A DNA stretch of 64,000 bases from positions 128,280,001-128,344,000 of the forward strand of contig NW_024704742.1 in assembly GCF_018977255.1 (NCBI RefSeq), given 5' to 3'. A program made the position numbers and the translations under genes. The DNA is from Callorhinchus milii (taxonomy: Eukaryota). Shown piece by piece: positions 14,038-28,016 of the stretch (positions are counted from its first letter, which is position 1; each line of letters starts with the position of its first letter). The notes under the pieces were generated by a model. The model was not told the origin of the DNA, made no database searches, and worked only from the letters and a program-made list of their open reading frames with translations.

Positions 14038-15733
14038 ATTGGAATCAAATACCCCAAATGCCGCAGTATTGGATGAGAGGGTAGAGGAAATAGATCAGAT
14101 TACTATAGACAGAGAGGAAGTTCTGAAAAGATTGACTGGGCTCAAAATTGATAAATCACCAGGACCAGATGGGTTTCACCCAAGGTTGCTGTGGGAGATA
14201 CGGGTTCAAATAGTAGAGGCTTTGGCCATTATATTTCAATCTTCATTGGACACAGGAGTGGTGCCAAGAGACTGGAGAGTGGCTAATGTTACCCCACTCT
14301 ACAAAAAGGGGCAGAAAGACAAACCCGGAAATTACAGGCCAGTCAGCCTAACTTCTGTAATAGGAAAACTACTGGAGACCATAATCCGGGACAGAATAAA
14401 TCTCTACTTAGAGGAACATGAGGTAATTAGAGACAGACAACATGAATTTGTTAAAGGCAAATCTTGCCTAACAAATCTAATAGAATTTTTTGAAGAGGTG
14501 ACTGTGAGGGTTGATTAGGGAAATGCGGTGGACGTTATTTACATGGATTTCAAAAAGGCTTTTGGCATAGTACCGCATAAGAGATTAATAAAAAAATTAG
14601 AGGCCCACGGTATTAAGGGGACAGTGGGAGTTTGGATTAAGAACTGGCTGAGTGACAAAAAACAGAGGGTGGTGGTTAATGGGTGTTTCTCGAAATGGAA
14701 GGAGGTGTGCAGCGGTGTCCTCCAGGGATCGGTATTGGGACCACTGCTCTTTCTAATATATATTAATGATCTGGACTTGAGCATAGAGAGCACTATTTCC
14801 AAGTTTGCAGATGATACAAAGTTAGGTAGGGTAGTAAATAGTGAGGAGGACTGTAATCAACTGCAAGCAGACATACACAGAATGGTGGAATGAGTTGACA
14901 TGTGGCAGAAGGATTTCAATCTGGATAAGTGTGAGGTGATACACTTAGGTAGGAAAAATGATAGGAGGCAATCATTGGTAGCTCAATCTTAAGGGGGTGA
15001 ACGTACAGAGAGATCTGGGTGTTCAAGTAAGCGAATCATTAAAGGTAGCGGGGCAGGTAGATAAGGCAGTAAAAAAAGCATTTGGTGTACTGAGTTTTAT
15101 TAGTAGGGGCATAGAGTATAAGAGTAGGGAGGTTATGGTTAATCTATACAAAACACTGGTTAGGCCTCAGCTGGAGTACTGCGTCCAGTTCCGGGCACCT
15201 TACTTCAGGAAGGACATTAAGGCACTGGAAAGGGTGCAGAGGAGATTCACGAGATTGATACCAGGAATGGGGAACCTTAGCTATGAGGACAGGCTGGAGA
15301 AGTTAGGACTTTTCCCATTAGAGCAGAGAAGGTTATGCGGGGTCCTAATAGAGGTCTTCAAGATCATGAAAGGTTTTGACAGGCTAGATAGGGAAAAGCT
15401 GTTTATGCTGGTAGGTGTGTCTGTGACCCGTGGTCACAGTCTTAAGATATCTACCAAAAGAAGCAGAGGGGAGGTTAGAAGAAATTTTTCACTGAGCGAG
15501 TTGTTCGAATTTGGAATGATCTCCTGAAAGGGTAGTGAAGTCCGATTCGATAACAGCTTTTAAGAGAGAACTGGATAGGTATCTGGGGAAGACGGGTTTG
15601 CAGGGTTATGGGGAGAAAGCTGGTGATTGGGGTTAGTGAAAGTGACTTACTCTGTCAAAGAGCCGGCACAGACTCGATGGGCCGAATGGCCTCCTTCTGT
15701 GCCGTAACATTCTATGAATCTATGAATCTATGA
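14038..15733 (+). mobile_element. CR1-clade LINE, 5'-truncated, disrupted ORF2 (reverse transcriptase) plus 3' UTR
   Basis: ORF pieces 14039-14518 (KSPGPDG, NYRPVSLTS, KSCLTNL), 14528-14893 ([14 protein letters not shown]) and 14997-15527 (RPQLEYCVQF, LERVQRRFTR) are separated by stops and a frameshift. The 3' end reads 'gatgggccgaatggcctccttctgtgccgtaac', followed by CR1-type 'attctatgaatctatgaatctatga' repeats. Confidence 0.96.
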
Positions 15734-17661
15734 AAATAGTATTTCAACTGATGATCCAAATATACAACAAAGGGCTTTGAGATTAATCAGGAGGCCAGCA
15801 GTAACCTTGATCTCTTTTAGGATCATAGCTCCGTTGGTCCTACAGGCATGACTAAACTATTGACCAAGGAATTGGATAACCATTTGAAGAGGAAGAATAC
15901 AGTACAGGATTGGAAAAGAACAGGGTTTTGGGATTAGATTTTTTATTTTCAACAGAAGTAAAAATCCTTTTTGGTTTGATGTGTTAACATTTGTAACTTT
16001 TTTGGTCAGGCAAATTATTAAAAATGCAGTGCAGGAAAGTAAGATTTTTAATCACTTTACAACAAACTCTTGCTATTAATTAGAAACAACACAAAAGATC
16101 GATACATGAGAATTACATCCTGTATATTGAACCAGACATCAGCGATAACTATTGCCTCTGTAAAAACAAAAGCTACAAAATGCAGTTTATTGCAATGTAC
16201 ATTATTAATGAACAATATTTCTCAGCAAAGTACCAGATGTGCTTATGTGTATTGAATGTTAGCTTTTGAATCAGGCCTTGCAGGAAGGTTTCATTGCCTT
16301 TCAGTAAACGTATCGAGGCTGTGACAATCTAATATATTAAAATAAGGAGCAAACAAAGCCTGCCTGCTAATCCAGATAGAACTTTGCAACAATGCATGAA
16401 TCATGGTGGGGAGGAGGGTAAAATTGTGGCATATGTGACATCCTCTGTCACAGAGCACACACGTAGCCAAGCGGCGGAAACAAAATAAAGAACACAGATG
16501 AAGCTAAGCCGTGGCAACAACAACAAAATTACATTTTTAAAGCGCTGGGTCCTCCCATTGGGTTTTCCCAAAAGGAGTCCTCCCACAGAAGTCCTCCCAG
16601 ATAAGTATAGATAAAGATGAAATGTCTGTCTGTGTGTTAAAATACATTCCATATTGGATGGAAGCAAGCAGGCTTCACTGACTCCCTCCTCACTGTAGTG
16701 GGAGCAACTGAATGGATAGGCTCTGTGCTCATTATGTCCTAAAAAGGTCAACTGTTGGGTAAATCAATAAAGGTTCCTCTTTATGACATAACCACCTTAT
16801 TGTTATGACCACAGCCCCCTCCTTCCCTGTTTCACAGTCAATAGTTTTCACTGGGTTTGGAGGTAGGGGTTTAAAAAGAGTAGCTGGTTCATTGATTTTT
16901 TTTATTATTGTCACATGTTCCACCCACTGGAAGGAGCAAATCTACCAGTGAGGCTGGTTTATAATATGCAGGTATATATTGGTGATGACAATAATAACAA
17001 TCTTTACATTTGGTGTAGCGCCTTTTTCATGTCAGGAGGACATCTCAAAGTACTTCACAGGATATACTGTAAAGTGGACAGATTGCTGTTCACCATTTTT
17101 CTCTTTAGTCCTCTGATACTATTCATACAAGGAAATATTGTTCTGATCCATCAGTAATTAAGGTCATCCTGTGTACTTCAGGCTACTATCAATTTCTATG
17201 GTCTAAGGTATATCTGGAATATTGAGTATGGTTCTGATCACTCCAGCCTACAATCCAAGCCTTGGGACAGTACAAAAGATAGCAACAATCATTACATAGA
17301 ATGGTAATAGAGTTACTATTAACTTACAATGAGCAATATGGACTCAGGTATTTGGCCCAACTACTCCCTATCAGACCCAACTAGTTTGTGTCAGACTCAA
17401 CCAGTTCGTGCTAATGGTTCGTTTGTGTCAGAGGATAAATTTTGAGGACCAATTAATTTTTTTTCAGCCTTGAAAGAATACATCTCAGAGAAAAGATTTT
17501 ATGGAGGTATATAACATGCTAAATGGAATAGAAAAAGTAAACTACGAACAATATTCCCAGTTATACAAGGCGGCAAGAAAAAAGAGTGCAAGTTCACAAC
17601 TTGTAACGGTCAATTTTAGGACAGATATATCAGTGAGTTAGCCTTTAAATAGAGGGAAATT

Positions 17662-18660
17662 ACAACAACAACTTGCACTTATATAGCTCCCTCCACACAG
17701 AGTAGCGTCTCAGAGCGCTTAACAGTGGCAGAGCCTAACTCTGAGCGGGGGTGGGTGGGGGCTGGAGGAGGTGGCTGTAAGGAATAACCACCTTATTGTT
17801 ATGACCATGGTCCCCTCCTTCCCTGTTTCACAGTCAATAGTTTTCCCTGGCTTTGGAGGTAGGAGTTTACAAAGAGTAGCTGGTTCATTGACTATTTTTG
17901 TATTATTGTCACATGTTCCATGGAGGGAAGTGGGGGTTTGAGGGGGTGCATGAAGGAGGCGATGGATGGTGGAAAACAGTGTCTTTGGATTGTTGTTTGC
18001 CTCCAGGGTGACTTTGGAGTAAAAGTCAGTTTTGGCCTGTGAAAGGGAGAGGCGGTAGGTGTGGAGGTGCTCAAGCCACAGATGGCAGTGAATCATGAGG
18101 CTGGATTTCTGCCATCTGCGCTCGAGCATCTGGGTTTGTGTTTTGAGCGAGCGGAGATGACTATTGTACCAGGGGGAGCTGGTGGATTTGAAAACAACCC
18201 TGGATTTCAGGGAATTGAAGGTTGTGGAGAGATGGCTGCATCAGGATCTCTGTGGGTGGAGGGCTAGATGGAGATGAGGTCCGACGAAGAAAGGACATTT
18301 ATGAGGTACTTGGAGGGAAGCTTTTTTCAGGGGCAGAAAAAAATGGTGGGGGGCTTGGAAGAGGGGAGGGGTGTGTGGGAGGAGAGGGAGATGAGGAAGT
18401 GGTCTGAGATGGTCTTGTCCATGATAGACAGGTCAGAAATGTCAAGGCCATGTGTGATGACGAGGTCGAGGGAGCGACCACGGTTGTGGATCAGTGAGTC
18501 AATGTGGAGGATGAAGTTTAGGGAGGAGAGGAGGGTAGTAAATCCAAACAGGTGGTGCAAAGGGGAGTTTAAGTGGAGGTTGAAATCACCCATTACGAGC
18601 AGGTGTTCAGTGCAGAGGGACAGGGATGAAAGGAAAAAAGAGATATCAGTGAGGAAGGAG
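17662..18660 (-). mobile_element. L2 LINE relic (endonuclease/linker plus 3' tail; RT region missing)
   Basis: Minus frames give MGDFNLH, LDLVIT, ISDHFLI and NNNPKTLFSTIHRLL. An L2-type tail with (CAA)n lies at ~17662-17783. Confidence 0.85.
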
Positions 18661-18804
18661 TAAGGGAGAGAGGAGAGAGAGGAAATTAACAGCTGGAAGT
18701 GTTAAGTTAAAGGGAGGGTGGGTGTGTAAGAATACTGGACTTATGTAAGAAAAAGCTTGACGCTGTCATGGGAAGATAGGGGGTTGGTCTGGAGAGATGA
18801 GATC

Positions 18805-19163
18805 AATAATAATAATAATAATCCTTGCATTTGATATAGCGCCTTTTCATGGCTTTGAGATGTCTCAAAGCACTTCACAGAACATAATGTGAAGTGTGTT
18901 GACTGTTTATTTTGCCAGCGAAATAAGGCATCCAAATGCACACAGCAGGTCCCACAAACATTCGTGGATTGAGTGTCTAACTTGTTATTTATTTTTGAAG
19001 GTATTATTACCCCCGGAAAAGCGATCTACCAATTGACTAACAACTGGGTTCCTATTTACTGCTAGGTAAACAGAGGCCTGTGGAGTAAGGAAATTTGCCC
19101 AAAGTTTTGCCCAGGTCTCTCGCTTGCAAGGCGAGTGCTCTAACCACTGAGCTACAGGAATTC
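18805..19163 (-). mobile_element. tRNA-Ala SINE, long variant
   Basis: (AAT)n tail, body, 'ctgctaggtaaacag' segment and head 'gctctaaccactgagctacagg'. Confidence 0.88.
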
Positions 19164-20706
19164 TATGAGATACAATCTCAAATGAGCTAAAGGGTCTTCT
19201 TCTTCTGTGTGAATGTAAGATATCAGAAATAGCTGGAGTGGAGCCTGGCTGCTAACAGTGCCAACGAGCTACAGGGACAGACATTTAAATTTGCGATGTG
19301 ACTAATTATTAAAATGCACTGCTCAAAAGCATCAGCTGAGGTAGTTCTGGGAATAGAGCGCTGCAGCAAATTAGTCACGGTTAACTCGCATGAATAACTT
19401 ATGCAAATGAGAGACGAATGAAAACAAAACAACCATTCATTTAACAGTGTGTATCTCTACACCTGTATTTTATACATTTGTAGCTTACAACAACAACAAC
19501 AACAACATACATTGATATAGAGCTCTTCAAGTCTCGGAATGCTTCACAGTGGCGGGTGCTTAGGTCTAGAGAGGGGAGCTAGGAGTGGAAAGCTCTGAGC
19601 CCTGAGGAGGACCACAGCCAGTCCTTCGATCAGCCCCAACCCATGGCATCCGTGTGCTCCACTCCCCCAATTCCCCTCTCCTGTACCCCTCTATTCTCTC
19701 TCATATATGCTATTTCATAGCATCATACAAATAATAGCAGAGGAGAGCTTCCAGCCCATCAAGCTAGTTGTTGCTAGCTCCTCCAATGAAGTTAACTTCT
19801 CTAATTCCAATTCACTATTATTCCCCTGTACACTTTCATATTTATTCCTATCATATCATGCTTCACATGGTTACTTCAGATTGATTTTCATTAGCAAAAA
19901 TTGGGGACGTGTCATGGTTAATAGTTCTGGTTTGATTTATTGATTGACTGGAAAGATCAAGAACTAATAATAAAATGTTTATCAAACATTGGTGTCCTTG
20001 CATCATTTTGGTTTGGTGAGAATATATATCAAGCTAGGGGCTGCATATTACTTCAAAGAAATACATAGCAAATCAATTGCTACCACACATCCAGTTATCA
20101 TTATGCAAATAGGGTCATACGTAGGCTGGACTAAAACAAATGAGGCAGCATTTCAAAGCGATACTTAATGAGTAAACTGTACTATAGGCTGACAAGTTCA
20201 ATCTGAGTCTACCTTCCAATGACCATTCATTCTCTATGTAAATGAATCAGGAGTATATTGAGCAATTTACTTTTAGTTTGCTTTTGGATTACAGTAAAAT
20301 ATGCACATTTATTTTCCATCTAAAATAAAGAGAACTCAAGTGGGCCTGGATGAAATGAATATAATGAGATCTGTCGCATTACAAAGGGAATGATTGCCGA
20401 ACTAATTGCCTTCTTTAAAATGAATTCCTCTTCGGGTTTTATTTTGCCTGAAATGTCAGAGGAAACCGAAGCACTATCCATGCCTTTTGATTGACATAAC
20501 CTATTAGTGTGAGAGGTTCTGTTTGTATCAACAATCCTAACTGGAGACTCAGATGTATGGTGCAAAAAAAACACTGGTGGAGAACAGCTGAATAGAAGAT
20601 AACATCAATCCAAATGTCAAGATTCATTGTTAAATGTCTGTAAGAGGCAAGGAAGATGCGAGACACAAGGTGTTCTCAGGTCCTGGGGAAGATGGGTGTC
20701 TTAGTT

Positions 20707-20851
20707 CAATAATAATAATAATCCTTGCATTTGATATAGCGCTTTTCACGTCGGGAGGACGTCCCAAAGCGCTTCACAGAACACACTGTAAAGTGAATTG
20801 ACTGTATATTTGTGGGCGAACGCGGCAGCCAATTGCGCACAGCAATGTCCT
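20707..20851 (-). mobile_element. Young SINE 3' fragment
   Basis: Near-identical to the 3' ~145 bp of the young SINE copies. Confidence 0.9.
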
Positions 20852-21717
20852 GATGATATACTGATGATGTAGGGAGTATGTGGAATGGAATATTTAAAGT
20901 AGAGGAATAACAAGAAATGGAGGTCTGAGAATCAATGGCAATTGTAGCATCAATAAAACAGAAAGGAAGCAAAGTGGTTATTCTCCCAGACTTAAAATGC
21001 AATTTACACTTATGCCTTTCGCACTGGGAGAATGTCTGAAAGGGCCTCACACTGCTTGCTGGTTACCAAAACTGGTGGGGTGGGAGCTTAAGAGATAGGA
21101 AGGAGACAGATGACCGAAAGCGTGAACAAAGAGGTACATCTTGAGGTAGTTTTAAATGTGTGGAGAGTGGGAGCAAGTGAGAAAGGGATGCTGGGATGGA
21201 GATCTAGAAAGCAAGTCAAAAGAGTAGGGGAGGGAGCACAGGAAGGTCTGAGTTTAAAGAGGCAGATTATGATAGAGAAGGTACAGGAAGCCTCACTGAA
21301 ATCAGAGCAAATAGAAAAATCATAAATGTCAAAAGAATGCAAAACAACCAAGATTGTAGCCACTGTAATGTTTGTAAATCTAAAACAGTTTAGATTCACT
21401 AATTCCTTTATTTAAACCTTACACTTCCACAATCTGCCTAGTTACTTTCCCAGAAATCTTTTATACTTGCTTCTCATTGTCAATGTCCAATTGCCAATTC
21501 ATTGCAGGTTAAGCTTACAAATACATTGAAAGAAAATCCTTCACCTTATAAATTCTGGCCTAATCCAAAAACAATAACAATATGAACAACAAAACAATGC
21601 ATTTATATAGGACCTCTATAAAGTGCCTCTATTATAGAGCTCTCTTTCAGCTCTTTGATGAGCTGAAAGAGAGAAGATTGTCATTGCAATGACAAAGCGA
21701 GATCAGAAATCACTCGT

Positions 21718-22845
21718 TCATAGAATCATAGAATCATAGAATTGTACAGCACAAAACGAGGCCATTCGGCCCATCGAGTTTGTGCCGGTTCTTTGATTAG
21801 AGCAATTAATGTCAATCCCATTCTCCAGCCCTTTCCCCATAACCCTGTAAACCCGTCCTCCTCAAATACCCGTCCACCGCGTTTTTAAAAGTAGTTATCA
21901 AATCGGCCTTTCAGGCAATGCGTTCCAGATTCGAACAACTTGCTGCGTGAAAACATTTCTTCTCACCTCCCTCTGCTTCTTTTAGATACTATTTTGAATC
22001 TGTGACCTCGAGTCACCAACACACCCACCAGTAGAAACAGTTTTTCCCTTTCTAACCTATCAAATCCCCTCATGATTTTGAAGACCTCGATTAGGTCTCC
22101 TCGTAACCTTCTCTGCTCCAATGAGAATAATCCTAGCCTCTCTAGCCTTTCCTCATAATCAAGGTCCCTCATTCCTGGTACCATCCTCGTAAATCTTCTC
22201 TGCACCCTTTCCAATGTCTTAACATCCTTCCTGTAGTGTGGTGCCCAGAACTGGGCGCAGTATTCTAACTGAGGCCTCACCAGTGTTTTATATAGGTTAA
22301 TCATAACCTCCTGATTCTTGTACTCTATGCCCCTATTTATAAAGCCTAGAATCCCATTTGCCCTTTTTACAGCCTTATCTACCTGTCCTGCCACTTTCAA
22401 GGATTCATTTACCTGCACCCCGAGGTCTCTCTGTTCTTTTACCCCCCTTAAGATTGTATTACCTAGTCTGTATTGCCTCCCCTCATTCTTTCTACCAAAA
22501 TGCATTACTTCGCATATCTCTCCATTGAAACTCATCTGCCATGTGTCTGCCCATTTTACCATTCTATCTATGTCTTCCTGCAGTTGGCTCCTATCCTTCT
22601 CACTGTTTACCACCCTACCTAACTTTGTGTCGTCCGCAAACTTGGAAATGGTGCTTGCTATACCCAAGTCCGGATCATTTATATATATTAAGAAGAGCAG
22701 TGGTCCTAATACCGAATACCTGGGGGACGTCAGTGTACACTTCCCTCCAGTCAGAAAAGCAGCCGTTCACCACAACTCTCTGCTTTCTGTCTTCCAACCA
22801 GTTCTGGATCCATGCTGCCACTCTCCCTTTTATACCATGGGCTTC
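21718..22845 (-). mobile_element. CR1-clade LINE 3' portion (RT C-terminal half plus 3' UTR)
   Basis: 234-aa uninterrupted frame 22667-21963 (SKFADDTKLG, RPQLEYCAQFW). The tail (tcatagaa)3 at ~21718-21742 reads (ATTCTATG)n on the minus strand. Closely related to the 14 kb copy. Confidence 0.96.
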
Positions 22846-22923
22846 TGCATTGCAAGAGAAATGCTTGCACTAAGGATGTTAGATGAAAAGGAGGTTAGCA
22901 AAGGTGAAGTGGAATTATCAGTA

Positions 22924-23305
22924 CAACAACAGCAACAAGATTACATTTGTATAGCGCCTTTCATGTTGGGAGGACGTCCCAAGGTGCTGGACAATGTACA
23001 GCATTTCAGACCCGAGCTGGGATCAGGGGTCGAAGGGAGGGAAGGGGAAGGAGGGTGACCAATGGCATGGTCGAAGAGGAGAGTTTTGAGGCGGGACTTG
23101 AAGGAGGCTAAGGAGGGGTCGAGGCAGAGTGACTGGGGGATGGAATTCCAGAGGTTATGGGCAGAGTGGCTAAAGGCTCTCCTGCCAATGATGGAGCAGG
23201 TAGGTCGGAGGACGTGGAGCAGGCCGTAGCCGCCTGAGCGGAGGGAGCGGTCGTGTTGGTAGGGGTTTAGGAGGTCGCAGAGGTAGAGTGGATAGGGAGG
23301 AGGAG
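22924..23305 (-). mobile_element. L2 LINE 3' end
   Basis: (CAA)n, then 'atagcgcctttcatgttgggaggacgtcccaagg'. Colinear with 42263-42640. Confidence 0.88.
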
Positions 23306-26042
23306 GATCTGATTGAAATGGAAAAGAAACAAATTGGGAGAGAGAACTGAAGCCAGGGAAAGCCCTGAGTTGAGGGAAACATCAATGTCAGTACAGATTT
23401 AGTGATCTGCTAGGAAACTCGTTAGCACAGATTTAACCCTAGCACGGTTTAGACGTGCTTAGGCTTTGGGAATATCTAAGGCAACGAACACTAAGGCAAT
23501 AAGCAACAGAGTTTGAAAGCTGCATCAATCAGCAAAAAAGACCATGAGCGGAATGATCATGCCAAAAAGTACATTGACTCTCATGGTGCATCTCAAGACC
23601 TTCCTCTTCGACTGTGTCTTCAGTCATCTTACCATCCGCCTTTCCCCTAAATCCCCCTTGACTCCAATCCCCAAGCTTGGGTGCAAACCCTTGCTGTCCA
23701 GTGCCTTGTGAGTTCCTCTTAATGTGAAAGCCGTTGTATATGGCGCTGCGCAAAATTGGCTTTCACATTTCACCCACAAAATACGCAGTCAATCCACTTT
23801 ACGATATATTCTGTGAAGCGCTTTAAGACGTCTCAATGACGTGATGAGGCGCTATATCAAATTCAAGGATCATTAGATTAGATTAGATCTAGCGCTCTAA
23901 CAATTCAGGCTGTCAGCTTGTCAGTGGTTGCAGGATGGAAACAAAACAGATTGAGGTACTTCAAGCTGAATCTGTAACTTATCAGAAAGAAATCTGGTCT
24001 TTGAGGCAGGTCAGCGAGATGCTTACTGTCACGTAGCTAGCTATCTGCAGATACACGTGACGACAGACTGATTCAATGCTGGGTTCTCATAATCGCATCA
24101 TCTATGTGGCTTCACTTTTGTAACTATCAGCAAACATTTGCGAATGGGTGACCACACAATAGGTATTCCCTTTAATACATTTGATTCTATTCACTTGTTT
24201 ATTTGGGGCATCCATCACACAGACTGAATGACAGCGTAAATGTAATTTACAGTTAAAAGTACTCTTAGGAAGTATCAAATTCACATGGGAGGAAACGTTG
24301 CATGAAGAGAGTCCCAGAACCCACATGCGGATAAGACAACTGTGGGGGCGTCAGTCAAACATGAGGATCTTTGTAGATTCTAATGGGATCAAAGTGGGTC
24401 ATGGCTGAGGCACACGTTTACCATGAACCAAATATAACACTTCAGAAATATTAATCACATTGCTTAGAGTTAGTCCTTGCACATATATCCAGGAACAAAG
24501 CAATGGACAGAGCCAAAAACAAAGCTATTGCAGCCATCTGGTTGAAGCCAAAGTGAAAAAAAGTTTCCCATCTCAATATCCTTTAATCTATTTCTTTATT
24601 AATTTAAGCAATTATTGTTCGCCTACAAAATACACAGCCACTAACTACACGGTACAGTAAATCTTATAAAGCACGTTGAGACATCCTCCAGACATGAAAT
24701 TTGCTTTACCAAAGGCAAGAATTATTATTATTATCATTAAAAATACCTTTCTAATTCCTGCTTGAATTTGCAGATGACTTTCCTGATTATCTATTCTACA
24801 TATTCACTTCTATCTGTGTAAAGTGATTAAACCAAAACAAATCTGTTCATTTAATTTCTTCTCAGCTTGAGTCCATGTCACCTTACTGTAGATTTTTTTA
24901 GTCATAATAAATTTGGCTGTATTTATTCAGCAATTTACAAGAGCTGGGGATGTTTCAACATCAGTCTGTGGAGCCTCTTAAATTGGGTAGCCTCACACAT
25001 GAAGAATGATCACTTCAGTGTAATGACTGTGTAATTGTATCTCAATATGGGAGAACTGCTTTGAGAGAGGGCGAAACAAAGAGGTCAGTTTAGAAAGGAT
25101 AGAAAGCATTAGGGATGAAGACTGAATACAATATAGGTTGCAAACTCAAATTTGGATCTCAAATTTCCCTCCGTCTTGCCCCCTCCTTCCCCTCTTTTAG
25201 ATCACGACTGAAGACCTTTTACTTCTTCCATGCTTACGGTCACCTCCTCCCTCATCGTGTCAGGCTCCTCCACTGTTAAGCGCTCTGAGACGCTTCCCCG
25301 CATGAGGGACGCTTTATAAATCCAAGTTGTTATTGTTATAGATTACCGTGAGTTCACCTGTTACTTTGTCAAAAGCCCGAGTGCTACCTATGATGCTCAA
25401 TAACATTTCCACTCTCAGGCAACTATCATACAGATTGGTATCTATGGCTGGAAGCACTGTTTGGGCATTTTGTTAAAAATAGTAAGTGGAATATGAGCAC
25501 TGCCCTGAAGCCCTTTTAAATGGTGCAGAAAACAGCTTTCTGCTGAATCCAATAGTTCATCTCTCCTTTGATACGAATCCCAATGGCATTTGCTTTATTT
25601 TCTGAGTAATTTAAATTTCCCTATAATTAGTATTCTCCTTTTCACCAATACTTTCCTTGTTTGCTTAAATCCGTTACATGTTTGTCCTCTTGAGCTGGTA
25701 GTTTAAATAATTCCCACTATTGATTTATTTCTCTGGATACCGTGACTTGTTTTCAGATTGATTCAATCTGCCCCTCACCTCATCAGATCAATTTTTTCCT
25801 GTCTTCACTAAAACACTGCTATCAGGCACATTCTCAGCTTTTAACCCTGCCCTTCTGAATAAATAGCAACCTAATACAATTAATGCTTTAAAGGCATACC
25901 AAGATTCAATTACACCAATTGCATCTACCTTTCTCTGTGTTTTTGCCTCCCAGTCTCTCAGACTTTACTTACCACGCTCTTTCTCTTATTGGAAAACTAT
26001 TTCAGCTTTTCAATACTAGAATGATTCCTTCATTTGTTCAAG

Positions 26043-26253
26043 GTAATAATACTCCTTTCAAAAAAATAATAATAATAATTTGGTCACTCAATTCACGATT
26101 GTTTGTGGGAAAATGCTGGGTGCAATTAGCTGCTGTGTTTCGCCCACAAAATATACTGTCTATTCACTTTACAGTTTATTCCGTGTGGCGCTTTGAGACA
26201 TTCAAAGACATGATAATACGTTATATCAAATGCAAGGATTATTATTTCTATTA
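26043..26253 (+). mobile_element. Headless tRNA-SINE copy
   Basis: 'taataatttggtcactcaattcacgattgtttgtggg...atcaaatgcaaggattatt'. Confidence 0.85.
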
Positions 26254-27700
26254 AATTCTTGTTTATTGATTTTAGCCTTTGGTTTCCTGATGCTATTTTT
26301 CCTCATTGAGGAGAACCTGGGTCGAGATTTATTCCAATTACTTTGCATTCTGGAATGTCCACTATGCTCCTAAAGTCTACATCACTACATCAATTCACTA
26401 CATCAATTCTTCCACCTTGACCCCTTTTTATCTATCTTTAAATTTCGATTTAAGACATAAATCTTCGACTGTGCCTATGGTCAACTCCTCCTCCCCCTTT
26501 GGTGTCCAAACCCACCACTGCACAGTGCTCCTAGACGCACTGTATGAGGATGTTAGTCCACAAGACATACAGTCACTCCATTCTACAGTATATACCGTGA
26601 AGCACTTTGGGATGTCCTCTTAACACGAAAGGTGCTATACAAAGCGTTAGGATTATTATTAATATTAAATCAAGTTTTGTCCAAATTTTGAAAAATTCTT
26701 AAATACAAGATCAATTTTGCACTATTTTCCTAGAAATTCTTTTAAGAACTCCTTAATTCCTTACTGGTTATAAAGTTAAGATTGAATTCAACAAATTGCG
26801 AATTTCTGGACACCGAAATGCAAAGGTCGTAGTGTAAATCTCGATCCTGATGCCATTTCTCTCCATTGACATTGATAGATATGGTTAAAGGGTTATGGGT
26901 TGAGCTCACAGTCTGGGCTGACACTCCAGTGCAGAGCTACAGGAGCACTGTGTCATTGGAGGTAAGGTAACTAAGGTAAGGGAGTTTCTCTCAGCATCCA
27001 GGCCAAAAATCAAACATTTACCTCACAGCTGTTGGTGAAACATTGCTCTATAAAATGCTTCCTGTGTTTGCCGACAAAAAATAGGCAATACACTTAACGT
27101 TAATTATTATAATCTGTTTTGAGAAATTTCAATATGAACACTGGCCTGCATCATGTCCCCGCCCTGTCTACCCCACCATCAGCAGGCGAGCTTTCAGGCA
27201 TTCTGCGCCCACCACCCACCCTCTATGAATCTCAATCTTGCCGTATCTCCAACTCCCTCTTTCCCTCTCCTCCTCTTCACGCCAGGCAGGAAGTCCCAAA
27301 GTTTTGATGAATGTTAACAATTACACAGTTAAATAAGGTAATACTGTATTGCTAAATAAGGTTATGAGGATATACTGTAAAATGGAGTGACTACTTAAAT
27401 ATTGTGGGTAATCAAATTAATGACTGGAACAGGTTACCAGGAAGGATGTTTGAAGCCAGGACACTTGACCCATTTAAAAAAACAGCTTGATATTGTGATG
27501 GGGAGTTAAAGCTTTGGATGAAGAAGATACTTTGGCCCATTTGATCTCATCCTTCCAAAATATCCACGCTGTCTCCCATTATAGCATCAAGCTGTTTCTT
27601 ACATGAATCCATTATCCTGGCCTCAAACACCCTTCCTGTTAACCCGATCTTGTTATGGAAATCCATAACATGTTATGGAAGTCCATAGCTCCAATGTCAT

Positions 27701-28016
27701 GGAGTTCTGCAGCTCAGTGGTTAGAGCACTCGCCTCGCAAGTAAAAGACCTGGGTTTGATTCCTGCAGGGCAAAATGTTAGGCAAGTTTCCTTACTCCAC
27801 ACGCATGATAGCTGTCCCTCAAGAAAAAAAAATAATAATAATTTGGTCACTCAATCCACAACTGCACTTGGGACACTGTTGTATGCAATTGGCTGCTGCA
27901 TTTCGCCCAGATAATATGATCAATTCATTTTGCAGTATATTTTGTGAAGAGCTTTGAGAAGTCTAGAAGATGTGAAAAGCTCTACATCAAATGCAAGGAT
28001 TATTATTATTATTATT
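27701..28016 (+). mobile_element. tRNA-Ala SINE (start of a duplicated block)
   Basis: Head, body and (ATT)n tail. Shares diagnostic variants with 6105-6432. Confidence 0.9.

Noticed and set aside
21654..21670. 'ttgatgagctgaaa' as a hammerhead core
   Set aside because: Lacks the C of CUGA and has no room for stem II.
22318..23058. 246-aa plus-strand ORF
   Set aside because: Antisense shadow of CR1 ORF2 running into an L2 tail.
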